A stretch of DNA of 64,000 nucleotides from Candidatus Levyibacteriota bacterium (GCA_027459725.1 DAIDHK010000004.1:7050-71049); one strand, 5' to 3'; counted from the first letter of the stretch, positions 10,606-19,596 are shown. Translations and numbers: made by a program. Notes: generated from the letters alone by a model not told the origin.

Positions 10606-11502
10606 ATGAACAACGATGTGTTTTATCAAAAATTTTTAAGTGAATTTGAAAACGTGTTCAAATTAGCCGTAAATACTCTTACTAATGAATTTCAGAATTC
10701 AAATTTTGTAGAGCATTATCTTGATGATTTTTTTTCACCATTTGTCGCGTTAACAAGGTCTGGAAAAAGAATTAGACCATTTTTAATATGTCTTGGAAAA
10801 GGTAAAATTGATAAAGAGTCTTTATATTGTGGAGTGGCAATAGAGATTTTACATACAGCTGCGCTTGTGCATGATGATATTATTGATAAATCGGAATTAA
10901 GACGAAATGTAGCTTCTGCACATAAAGCGTATGTAAAAGAAGGTTATTCTCAAGATTCAGCAATATTACTGGGAGATTATCTCATAACTTATTCTAATGA
11001 ACTACTCTACAAACAATGTCCTCAAATAGTGCCAGATTTTATGCGTATGCAAAAACAGTTATATTTAGGTCAGTTTTTCGAAATGGCTAATTGGGGTAAG
11101 AAAGTAGATTATTCTGTCAGTGAAAATATTGCGATAGAAAAGTCAGTCAATTATACTTTTAAATATCCTTTGCAATTTGGACTCAGTATGGAGGGTAAGA
11201 ACGTCCATCTGCTAGATCAATATGCATATAACATTGGTCTTGCGTTTCAAATGAAGGATGATTGGCTTGATGAAGTGGGAACCACTGAAAAGAGCAGTAA
11301 TGATGAAAAAAATAATGTACCCAATATTGTTCAGCAACTGTTATTACAAAACAAACATGATATGATCAAAACCAAACAACAAGTTGAAATCAGATTAGAT
11401 GATTATCTTAATAAAGGACTTAATGTTTTTAAAAATATTAGTCTAAATAACTATCAAATAGATTCTCTTAAAAACTTAGCAGTTTTTTGTTCTTCTATTT
11501 AA
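10606..11502 (+). CDS. Polyprenyl (isoprenyl diphosphate) synthase
   Basis: GKRIRP, EILH...VHDDIID...RR, GD and FQMKDDWLD (two DDxxD motifs). Confidence 0.9.
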   Translation: MNNDVFYQKFLSEFENVFKLAVNTLTNEFQNSNFVEHYLDDFFSPFVALTRSGKRIRPFLICLGKGKIDKESLYCGVAIEILHTAALVHDDIIDKSELRRNVASAHKAYVKEGYSQDSAILLGDYLITYSNELLYKQCPQIVPDFMRMQKQLYLGQFFEMANWGKKVDYSVSENIAIEKSVNYTFKYPLQFGLSMEGKNVHLLDQYAYNIGLAFQMKDDWLDEVGTTEKSSNDEKNNVPNIVQQLLLQNKHDMIKTKQQVEIRLDDYLNKGLNVFKNISLNNYQIDSLKNLAVFCSSI

Positions 11503-11578
11503 CGGTCAGAATCATACAAAGTTTTTACTCTGATGATATGTAAGCCAGTTTAAAGATTGCTATATTTGAGTTACGGTT

Positions 11579-12625
11579 ATGCATAAAACGAAACAACATG
11601 ACACAGCAATAGATTACCTGCGCATGATTTCTATTTTAGCTGTGGTAATGATTCATACCACTACAAAAACAATTCAGTTGTCCAACAACAATTTAGATTC
11701 AGTACCTATTTCTTTGTTTCTTAATCAGGCATCTCGTTTTGCTGTCCCACTATTTTTTATGATATCTGGTTTTGTCTTGGAGATGAATTATCCCTATCAT
11801 ACTGGTTATTTTGGGTATTTGAAAAAACGTTTGAGTAAAATATTTATCCCATATGTCTTATGGAGCGCAATATATTTCTTTTTTGTTTTTCACAAGAAGT
11901 CTATCTTGTCTTTTATTACTACCGCACTTCCAACCGGAGGTTCTTCATACCAATTATATTTTATTCCCTCACTTTTAATTTTTTATTTGCTATTCCCTTA
12001 CATACACTTTAAATATAAGTCTTTATCACAGGCTCCTTCAATTATTATCATGGCAATAGTTCAATTTATTTTTTTAATATTGGATTATTATCTCCACGCT
12101 TTTCCTCTTTTTCACCCCTTTAACATTGTTTTTTTTAATTTTTTTGTTTTCTTTTTAGGAATCTTTGCTTCCCACCATAAAGACAAAGTATTATTTATAA
12201 TTAAAAAATATAAAATATTCTTGTTTCTATCAGCAATTTTATTAACCGTACTTCTTTATCTCGAAGGTAAAATATTTTATCTGGCAACTCAAGATTATCG
12301 AATGTTCTATTCACAATGGAGGCCAAGTGTGGTAATTTACACAATTATTGTCGCTTCATTGCTATACTATTTATTTACTATATCAACAAAATTTAATTTA
12401 TTTGCAAAGCAGTTGTCAAAATATTCATTTTTAGTTTTCTTTATTCATGTAATGGTTATCGAGTATACATGGAATTACTGGGCAGAGAAAATTTTAGGTC
12501 AAACTCAAAATTATTTTCAACAACTATGGTTTGACCCTCTATACTTTTTAATGGTAGTTTCTATTTCATTTATAATTGCTTTTGTAATTCGTAAAATACC
12601 AAAAGTTTCTTTTATTTTGGGGTAG
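11579..12625 (+). CDS. Acyltransferase-3 family membrane O-acyltransferase
   Basis: IDYLR...VVMIH, AVPLFFMISG, KKR...PY and YSF..FFIH motifs; multi-TM. Confidence 0.85.
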   Translation: MHKTKQHDTAIDYLRMISILAVVMIHTTTKTIQLSNNNLDSVPISLFLNQASRFAVPLFFMISGFVLEMNYPYHTGYFGYLKKRLSKIFIPYVLWSAIYFFFVFHKKSILSFITTALPTGGSSYQLYFIPSLLIFYLLFPYIHFKYKSLSQAPSIIIMAIVQFIFLILDYYLHAFPLFHPFNIVFFNFFVFFLGIFASHHKDKVLFIIKKYKIFLFLSAILLTVLLYLEGKIFYLATQDYRMFYSQWRPSVVIYTIIVASLLYYLFTISTKFNLFAKQLSKYSFLVFFIHVMVIEYTWNYWAEKILGQTQNYFQQLWFDPLYFLMVVSISFIIAFVIRKIPKVSFILG

Positions 12626-12927
12626 ATGCTACACTTTGCTGTAAAATTTAAATAAGCTTTATATTTAAAAAAATAAAGCTTTTTAAAGAGTTCAACTAAA
12701 TCGAACTAATTTATTGCTAAAGCTGAATATAAATGTTGATACTACATATTCAATCAAATGAAGCTAATGATAGTAGAATTCCTTAGATTTTCCCTTGGAT
12801 GAGCCCAAGGGTCGTAGTTCGGAACCAAGTCATACCCGAACTTATTCAGTATTATAGACTTTTTGCTACCCAGATAGCAAAGCTAAATTATCAGCCAGCG
12901 TACTACTCCGTTTAAGTAATTGAACCT

Positions 12928-13371
12928 ATGGATATACTAAACGAAAAAGTAAATAAAAACGGCGGGCCAAAGACCGAAGAGGAAAAGGCTATAAGCAAAT
13001 ATAACGCTGTAAGGCACGGTGTTTTAGTAAGTGTTTTACCCGACTACGAACACGACGAGGCTGATATTATCCAAAACAAGTTAATAGAAGAATACCAACC
13101 GCAATCAATAACCGAAGAGCTACTTATTGAAAGTATGGTTCTTTCGTATATGCGACGATAACGTGCCTGTTTTTAAGAATTACACGGTAGCATTATTACG
13201 TCTTACGAACCTACCACTTCCGGCGCGGAAACCTACCTGCGATATATAACAACCTCCGAGCGACAATTTTACCGAGCCTTACACGAGCTACAATGGTTAC
13301 AAGCTATACGAAATGGCCTTAGACCTACATCAATGGCAGTTGATATTATTGGAGCAAATAATAACGATTAA
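12928..13371 (+). pseudogene. Disrupted mobile-element protein (GPKT..K..S..NA..HG family)
   Basis: The frame continues past in-frame TAA at 13159 and 13174 into SERQFYRALHELQWLQAIRNG and stops at 13371. Confidence 0.65.
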
Positions 13372-13409
13372 ATACTGCCACATGTCGCACTTAGTTCGTT
13401 TGGTAAAAA

Positions 13410-14408
13410 TTAGTTTGAGGGAGCTATAAGTTTATTAAACTCGGTAGTTGCTTTACTAGTTGCTTCTGTATAAGCTAATTTTCCTCCGGCTCTTTGGTCT
13501 AATAGATTTTTCATAGCAACATAAAAGTCACTCCCCGTACTTGATTGCAATAGTGTATCAACCAATGTTTCTGATTGTTGACCAAAAATCGCTAATAATT
13601 CTTGTTTAGGATTATCAACCTGTTCTTTTCCAAGTCTTTTCTGTATGACTTCCTTAACCACTTCAGCGACAGGTTTACCTGTTTCAACCTCTTGTGACAA
13701 ACCAGATACTCCTTGATAACGAGTATCTTCAATGTAATCGTTCCATTTACTCGCCAAGTGTTCTTCTGTTTGAGCCTCCGTCCAGCCATTTTTCATAATT
13801 AGATATGTTTTAAGGAGTTTAGTATCTACTCCCCATTTCACTTCACGCATACGGGCTTCGCCTGTATCTTCATTACCGGGATTTATTAACGCGGTCATTT
13901 TTTCAAAAATCATTTCCTCTGGTGATTGAACAAAGAAAGTCACTCCATTAATGTTAGTTTCCCTCCAAGGAAAGTGAAGTAACTCGCCACGACCCATTAA
14001 GTCAACCATTTGGCGACCCTCACCAACATAACCTCGTTGTAGTTTTTGAGCCTCTGGGTTCCAGGCAAAGCTTGACATAGCAGTTGCCAGAGCTTCCGGT
14101 CTAACACCAATATCATAGTCATTTTTGCCTCCTGCTATTCGTTGCTCTAATATCATTAGTTGCTGTCCGTCACTTCTAAGTTCGTTTAATGTGGCATACA
14201 TACCCATACTTCCTAATACCACAAACTTTTCTAATGTTTTACCTTTAATTGCCGTTGTTACCTCTGCGACATTTTCAGTAACCAAATCAAGCTTTAATTT
14301 TTCGCCCGCCTCTACGTTATGAGCAATTGAAGAAATACGTTCTGGCAACTTTTCCCCTTTTTTAACTTGGTCAGGAGTGTACGCTGATAAAGACGCTTCG
14401 CTATCCAT
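13410..14408 (-). CDS. Hypothetical protein with Pol-beta-type nucleotidyltransferase motifs
   Basis: VVLGSMG followed by NDYDI (hG[GS]...DxD). Confidence 0.45.
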   Translation of the reverse strand: MDSEASLSAYTPDQVKKGEKLPERISSIAHNVEAGEKLKLDLVTENVAEVTTAIKGKTLEKFVVLGSMGMYATLNELRSDGQQLMILEQRIAGGKNDYDIGVRPEALATAMSSFAWNPEAQKLQRGYVGEGRQMVDLMGRGELLHFPWRETNINGVTFFVQSPEEMIFEKMTALINPGNEDTGEARMREVKWGVDTKLLKTYLIMKNGWTEAQTEEHLASKWNDYIEDTRYQGVSGLSQEVETGKPVAEVVKEVIQKRLGKEQVDNPKQELLAIFGQQSETLVDTLLQSSTGSDFYVAMKNLLDQRAGGKLAYTEATSKATTEFNKLIAPSN

Positions 14409-14453
14409 ACAATAAATATATCATAAGTGCGCCAACTGTCGCACTTTGATACT

Positions 14454-15539
14454 TGTACGCGTCACCCACATTTCGGAAGATTGGTTTCAATAAAAGTAAT
14501 TGGTGACATGTAATGAAGTGACCTATGAGGTCTTTGATAATTGTACCAGAAGAGATATTTGGTGAGTTTTCTGTTCATAGCTGGGATATCATAGTAGATC
14601 TCATCATTTCTCAGGATAAACTCTTCCTGAATAGTTCTGTTAAACCTTTCAATGTAGGAATTTATCTTTGGCATTCTCGGGTATATAAATTGATGCTTAA
14701 TCTTCTGTTCCTCTAAGTATGTATGGAATGACTTAAGAAACTCTGAGCCATTGTCTGTTTGCACAGTGTGAATTGGTGTGGGATTTAATTCTGTAAACTC
14801 CAGAAAGACTCTCGTGGCATTAGCACTGGAGATTGTATCTACATACACTACATGAGCAAACTTAGTGTAAATATCAATGACACTCATAAACAAATGTTTC
14901 TCATAGTTGATGTACACGACAATGGAATCCATTTGGATAAATCCAGGAGTAGTTACCTTAGGAGACTTTCTGACTCTAAGTTTCTTGAATTTGTTTGCCT
15001 GTTTTTGTGGGTAAATCTTCTTTTCAAAGGTGAAATTCTTCCTTTTTATGATCTTACCAATAGTGGTTGCACTAATGGGCGTAATACCTAGCTGTTTGCA
15101 GTAGGCACTAACAAATGGTTTGATAATCTCTTTGCCTATGTTCCCATGCTCCACTCTCATTTGTTTGATAAATTCAATTATCAGTGGGTCAGTTTTCATT
15201 ACTCTTGTTGTCTTGGGTCGTGTTGACTGAGGAACTAATGCAATGACACGTCTATTGTTTCTTTCATATGCCCACTTCCAGTCATAGAACGTGCTTTGTT
15301 TCAGATTAAATGCATCAAGTGTCGCTCTCAATCCATATTTGTAGTAATGGGTTATCACATGCATCCTAAATGCAGCAATATCTGAGATCTCACTAGCCAT
15401 TGAATCCTGTAGAGCTTTCATCTCGATATGATAGCTCAATTTGGAGAGTTTTGGTCTTAAATATATTATTCGTTTAAAATCACTTGCCATAGAACTTGAA
15501 TTTCTATTCAAAGTTCCGAAATGTATCGCGACTTATTCA
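14454..15539 (-). mobile_element. IS481/IS3-like insertion sequence
   Basis: Inverted repeat core ACATTTCGGAA (14468-14478) / TTCCGAAATGT (15514-15524), with TG..CA-type ends inferred at 14454 and 15539. Contains a DDE transposase. Confidence 0.75.
14462..15511 (-). CDS. DDE transposase (rve integrase core, IS481-like)
   Basis: QMDS, IDIYTK, QTDNGSEF, N.YIERFNRT and YN..RPH.SL motifs. Confidence 0.9.
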   Translation of the reverse strand: MNRNSSSMASDFKRIIYLRPKLSKLSYHIEMKALQDSMASEISDIAAFRMHVITHYYKYGLRATLDAFNLKQSTFYDWKWAYERNNRRVIALVPQSTRPKTTRVMKTDPLIIEFIKQMRVEHGNIGKEIIKPFVSAYCKQLGITPISATTIGKIIKRKNFTFEKKIYPQKQANKFKKLRVRKSPKVTTPGFIQMDSIVVYINYEKHLFMSVIDIYTKFAHVVYVDTISSANATRVFLEFTELNPTPIHTVQTDNGSEFLKSFHTYLEEQKIKHQFIYPRMPKINSYIERFNRTIQEEFILRNDEIYYDIPAMNRKLTKYLFWYNYQRPHRSLHYMSPITFIETNLPKCG

Positions 15540-15724
15540 TCGAACCAAATTTAGCTTCAGTTTTCGTAATATTGAAGTAATTAGTATTCTCTGGAGATTT
15601 TTTTACCCTCAAGAAACTATTTGCTGGCGAGCTTGCCAACGGTTGGAACCAAATCGTGCCTAGTTTCCTCTTAACCTTCGAAAAACTCGAGCAATTAGAA
15701 ATCGAACGACTCATGTGATCGTGA

Positions 15725-16048
15725 ATGAAAACAATTCTTACAAAAATAGTATATAATAGACTTTATATGTCACAAGAATCAAAAGACTTACAATTTAAAG
15801 TGTTAATCGAACAAGATGAAAATGGAGTTTTTGTCGCATCTGCTCCCGCAATTCCAGGTTGTCATACTCAAGGTGATACTTATGAAGAAGCTGTAAAAGG
15901 AATAGAAGAAGCAATTCAATTGTGTCTTGAAGTGGCAAAGGATGATAAGACATATAAAGAAAAGATTGATTTCAGTGAAGTAGAAAATAGGAAACCAAGA
16001 TTTCTAGGTATAATTAATATTCCTATTCGACTCGGCTTCTCGCTATGA
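15725..16048 (+). CDS. hicB: HicB family antitoxin
   Basis: VLIEQDENG..VAS.P.IPGCHTQGDTYEEA. Likely start is ATG 15767. Confidence 0.9.
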   Translation: MKTILTKIVYNRLYMSQESKDLQFKVLIEQDENGVFVASAPAIPGCHTQGDTYEEAVKGIEEAIQLCLEVAKDDKTYKEKIDFSEVENRKPRFLGIINIPIRLGFSL

Positions 16049-16269
16049 GCGGTTTATCTCCAATTAAAGCCAAAGATTTGATAAAAATACTTAAAAAGCT
16101 TGGTTTTGTTGAAAAAAGACAAAAGGGTAGTCACCTCTTTTTATCTCACGAGGATGGAAGAACAACTGTTGTACCAGTTCATCAAGGTAAATCAATTGGC
16201 GTTGGTCTTCTTCGATCAATTCTCCGTGATGTAAAATTATCTCCAGAAGATTCCCAAAAACTTAAGTGA
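16045..16269 (+). CDS. hicA: HicA family mRNA interferase toxin
   Basis: LKKLGF...RQKGSH and TVVPVH motifs; ATGA overlap with hicB. Confidence 0.9.
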   Translation: MSGLSPIKAKDLIKILKKLGFVEKRQKGSHLFLSHEDGRTTVVPVHQGKSIGVGLLRSILRDVKLSPEDSQKLK

Positions 16270-16621
16270 CTCCGAGAGCCTAAAAACGAGCACTGTAATT
16301 AGAATTTGAACAACTCTAACTGTTAAATAATTAGTGACTATTAGGATTTGGTTCGAATTCATCTTCGCGATGAGGTTAAGAGATAAGGATAGAAAATAGA
16401 TTTTGGAACCATTTTAGCTTCATATTTAATCTATTATGGTTTGAGGTTGAAATGCTGGCCAACTAAGAGTGGAACCCGAAATAGCCTCATTTTTATGAAA
16501 GTATTTGAAGAAAATATTCCCAGAAATAAGATTAGCCTCAGAAAAACAGCTGTGAGCCGTCATCATCATGCTTCGAATCATCCCTCGCGTGGCTAGAGCA
16601 TTTGAGAAGGATGTATGAGGT

Positions 16622-16957
16622 TTAATCAAGTTCAAGAAAACCAATCTCAACATTGCTTAAAAAGTCTATTATTGTTTCATGCTTTATCTTTATTAGTTCA
16701 ATGATTGTATTTGTGTCAGTATTCCCAGTATTTATTCGGATAATTTTTGGCGGGAATCCTTTGAGGAGACTAATATTATCAAAATCTGTATCCTGGGTGA
16801 CAATTGTAAATTTATTCTCTTTTGCATAATCCCATATCTTCATGTCATCTGCTTCTTCCAAACGAAGTAATTTTACATGTGAACTATTCGGGAAAATATG
16901 CTCAAGTTGTTTAATAATCTTATACGATAAGTTTTGATCAAATAACAACTTATGCAT
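16622..16957 (-). CDS. DUF5615 PIN-like (VapC45-type) toxin
   Basis: LLFDQNLS, D..IW.YA, IVTQDTDF and GFPPKII motifs. Start set to ATG 16957. Confidence 0.85.
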   Translation of the reverse strand: MHKLLFDQNLSYKIIKQLEHIFPNSSHVKLLRLEEADDMKIWDYAKENKFTIVTQDTDFDNISLLKGFPPKIIRINTGNTDTNTIIELIKIKHETIIDFLSNVEIGFLELD

Positions 16958-17168
16958 AGAGGGTCTTTTTCTCTTTATCTGCAGCAAATTGAAGAGCAGC
17001 TTTAATATCATTTGCAGTTAGTTCAGGGAAATCTTTCATAATTGTCTCAATGTTCATACCTGATGCGAGCCATTTTAGGATGTCATAGACTGTAATTCGT
17101 AGCCCGCGAATAGTAGGTTGACCACCACGTTTTCCTTTTTCAATTTTTATGATGTTTCTATAATCCAT
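16950..17168 (-). CDS. DUF433 (VapB45-type) antitoxin
   Basis: GKRGGQPTIRGLRITV...L.SG....I..DFPELT..DI.AAL.FA. Confidence 0.9.
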   Translation of the reverse strand: MDYRNIIKIEKGKRGGQPTIRGLRITVYDILKWLASGMNIETIMKDFPELTANDIKAALQFAADKEKKTLYA

Positions 17169-17247
17169 AGTAAGTTTAGTGTAGCACGCTAGGTTTTCTA
17201 ATGCAACTTACCATATTCTTTGACTTTACTAAAAAATCGATGAGTAT

Positions 17248-17355
17248 CGAACCAAATTGTGCCTAACAAATTTTAAGAAAAATCATAAAGTGGACAAAAT
17301 TTGAAATATTCGAGACTAACGATTTGTACACCATGCCTACGTGTTCCCTTCGGTA
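17248..17355 (+). repeat. Copy 1 of a diverged ~108-bp repeat
   Basis: CGAACCAAAT.GTGC ... AGACTAA.GATT ... ACACC.TGC.TA.GTGTTCCCTTCGGT. The two anchors are 93 bp apart, as in copy 2. Confidence 0.75.
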
Positions 17356-17718
17356 AGCCAAATGATTACAAGGTGGAACACTGTTGTATCATCTTTATCT
17401 GTTTTATATAAAAATCTGGAGATCATAGAATTTAATAGAGAACTAATGGTGCTAAATTTCTGAAGATTATAAATAATACATTAAAGCAAACAGCCCAACG
17501 AGAATTGTATAAGCTTATAGGTACGGAACAAGAACTGACTTCAGTATATATTCGATCAGATCGTGCTGTTTTTTTGTCAGATAAGGCACATATCGTATTG
17601 AAAGTTTCTATTGACAGAAAATTATTAGAAAAAGAATATGAGTTTCTTATAAAAGCAAAACAAACTTGTGTATCGAGATTACTAGAAGAGTGGAAGAACA
17701 AAGTACATTATTATAAGT

Positions 17719-18015
17719 TTACTTATTAAAAGAGTTATCTACATCTTTTTCATCTTTATTACTTTTTCTTCTAAATAAATTTATAAGACCCAAAATAAAT
17801 ATTAATCCTCCTATTGAACCTATAATTCCTCCATAGAAAATGATCAAGAGTAATAATCCTAATATAGTTGCACTTATAGGTGATATATTGAAGCCTAGGT
17901 TATCTTTCAAATTAAGAAAGCCCTTTTTAGATCTTTCAGGTTTACGCTTATCTAACCATCTTAGTATTAAAAATGCTATTGCAAAAATAAAGATAATAAG
18001 TAGTAATACTTCCAT
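17719..18015 (-). CDS. Small membrane protein, unknown function
   Basis: 98 aa with three hydrophobic segments. Confidence 0.6.
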   Translation of the reverse strand: MEVLLLIIFIFAIAFLILRWLDKRKPERSKKGFLNLKDNLGFNISPISATILGLLLLIIFYGGIIGSIGGLIFILGLINLFRRKSNKDEKDVDNSFNK

Positions 18016-18100
18016 AATTAAAATATATTCCGGTATAACATTAAATGCAACAGTATAAACCCCCTATTTTTTTGATTTTATTAAAAAACCCGACGGGAAT

Positions 18101-18208
18101 CGAACCAAATCGTGCGCAACTTAAATACGTATAAGTTTGAAGAAGAAAAAAAATGAAAACATCCAAGACTAATGATTCTAACACCGTGCGTAGGTGTTCC
18201 CTTCGGTG
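18101..18208 (+). repeat. Copy 2 of the diverged ~108-bp repeat, preceded by a tRNA 3'-end-like antisense fragment
   Basis: CCCGACGGGAATCGAACC at ~18089-18106 and GTGTTCCCTTCGGT at 18194. Confidence 0.75.
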
Positions 18209-18427
18209 AACTGTTCCAACCAACTTTCGAACCAGTTTACAACTATCTTACACGAGTTTATCAAACATTACAATACGCGCAGGTGCAAATTCCTTCCTTT
18301 TACTAATTTTATAGTTAATAACTATATAATATATAAAAAATGTATTACATCTTAATAAATGTTTATTTACAAATAGTATCGGCTATTTTACTTATAATTC
18401 TAAAAGGCTTATAACAATTATTGTTTT

Positions 18428-19300
18428 CTACTTTGTTTTCCTGTGTAAAAGGCTTATCTCTACATAAGTATCAAACTTTCTTAATGAACAGTTAATAATT
18501 TTATATTGTTTCAGTCTTTTAGCAAAATAAAGGTAAATTATGTAACACGTTACAAGCACGTGGGTCATATTTTCTGGATTACGGTCAAGTATTAGTGTTT
18601 CCCCCTGTGGTGTTTTAAGCCAGAAGTGGTTAATCCCTCGCATTTGTAGGTGCGCATATTCAGAGAACATTTTATACACAAGTAAATATGTACTCTCTAA
18701 ATCTCCGCTACCATCTTTCTTGCTTTTCGCTTGCCTTTTATCTGTTGTCTTTGCCCTTTGTAGAAGGTTTGTCCAAACTCTATCAAAGTCCTTTTTGCTG
18801 GCAAATGAAAGTCCTAAATCTTTCTCATATTTAACAAATTCTTGCTCGTTATCTTTCAACATCTCTGTCAACTTTGCGTCCGTAAGTGTTTTTCCTTGCT
18901 TTCTAGGGTAACGCTTGTAGAAATCCTGCATTTGTTCTACCAGAGATTTTTTATAGTATGTGTCCTCAATTGCGAATAGCCATAGCTTGTTGTTATTTGG
19001 ATAGCTTAGGACATAGTTAGAATTTATGTATGCTTCAATTAAACTGCGCAATATAACCATAGCTGACTCTGGTCTACCTTGTTTGCATAACTCAAAAATA
19101 GCTTCTGTGTATGAATTTATCGCAGCAAAGATTGCAACAACTAGGGTTTGCTTTGGCTTTAGCTTATCTTTATAGATAGGGTTTGCTGTCAAATACTGTT
19201 TCGTGTAATTAACTAATTCCGCCAAGTGTTCCAGTATTTCTTGGTCTTCTTGTTTTATCTGAAAAATTCTGTCCATTGTGCTTACTGTATTATATTGCAA
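18428..19300 (-). CDS. DUF5677 family (HEPN-like) protein
   Basis: Helical protein with ILRSLIE and Y...SEYAH motifs. Confidence 0.65.
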   Translation of the reverse strand: MQYNTVSTMDRIFQIKQEDQEILEHLAELVNYTKQYLTANPIYKDKLKPKQTLVVAIFAAINSYTEAIFELCKQGRPESAMVILRSLIEAYINSNYVLSYPNNNKLWLFAIEDTYYKKSLVEQMQDFYKRYPRKQGKTLTDAKLTEMLKDNEQEFVKYEKDLGLSFASKKDFDRVWTNLLQRAKTTDKRQAKSKKDGSGDLESTYLLVYKMFSEYAHLQMRGINHFWLKTPQGETLILDRNPENMTHVLVTCYIIYLYFAKRLKQYKIINCSLRKFDTYVEISLLHRKTK

Positions 19301-19373
19301 ATTACTGATGATAATTTTATTAAATAATATTATAACTCTAAATTATTAGTTTATCCTTTCATGGCAATCTAAA

Positions 19374-19402
19374 TTGACATTTATAATTTTATGTTTTATA
19401 CT
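19374..19402 (+). promoter_or_regulatory. Sigma70 promoter upstream of the rep-like gene
   Basis: TTGACA (19374-19379), 17-bp spacer, TATACT (19397-19402). Confidence 0.8.
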
Positions 19403-19440
19403 AAAAATGTCTCAAAGATAAACTTGAGAACGGGTTCAGA

Positions 19441-19524
19441 AGAATAGTCATTAGGTCCCTTACGGGTGCTGTTGATGGTTTTTGACTATTCTCAGCCGAC
19501 AGCATCACCCGCAAGGGACTTTTT
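19441..19524 (+). promoter_or_regulatory. Structured 5' leader (long hairpin plus U-tract, alternative or pseudoknot pairing)
   Basis: 19455-19474 pairs with 19497-19519 and is followed by TTTTT. AGAATAGTCA (19441-19450) is complementary to the loop sequence TGACTATTCT (19483-19492). Confidence 0.6.
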
Positions 19525-19596
19525 ATTTGCTGATTACTATTTCCAGCTCGTTATTGGACTTTCCAGCCAATAGCTCCTAAATAGACGGGAGTTATT

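Noticed and set aside
12928-13371. Alternative genetic code or stop read-through
   Set aside because: The interrupting stops are TAA, and TAA/TAG/TGA all terminate intact genes elsewhere in the window, so decay is the simpler explanation.
15510-15539. Apparent frameshifted match to the recombinase segment PTYEDLLFRT
   Set aside because: Better explained as the IS inverted repeat (TTCCGAAATGT pairs with 14468-14478).
17432-17729. ORFs 17432-17701 (-) and 17505-17729 (+)
   Set aside because: Overlapping short frames with non-ATG starts and no motifs; not supportable as genes.
18089-18106. Exact attL duplicate of tRNA-Lys
   Set aside because: The T-stem half (CCCGT) does not pair with the Lys T-stem (needs CCGAG). 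It is kept only as a degenerate or foreign tRNA-like scar.
12791-18310. CRISPR array or classical integron attC array
   Set aside because: Repeats are degenerate and irregularly spaced. There are no cas genes, no tyrosine integron integrase and no clear RYYYAAC/GTTRRRY palindromic attC ends.
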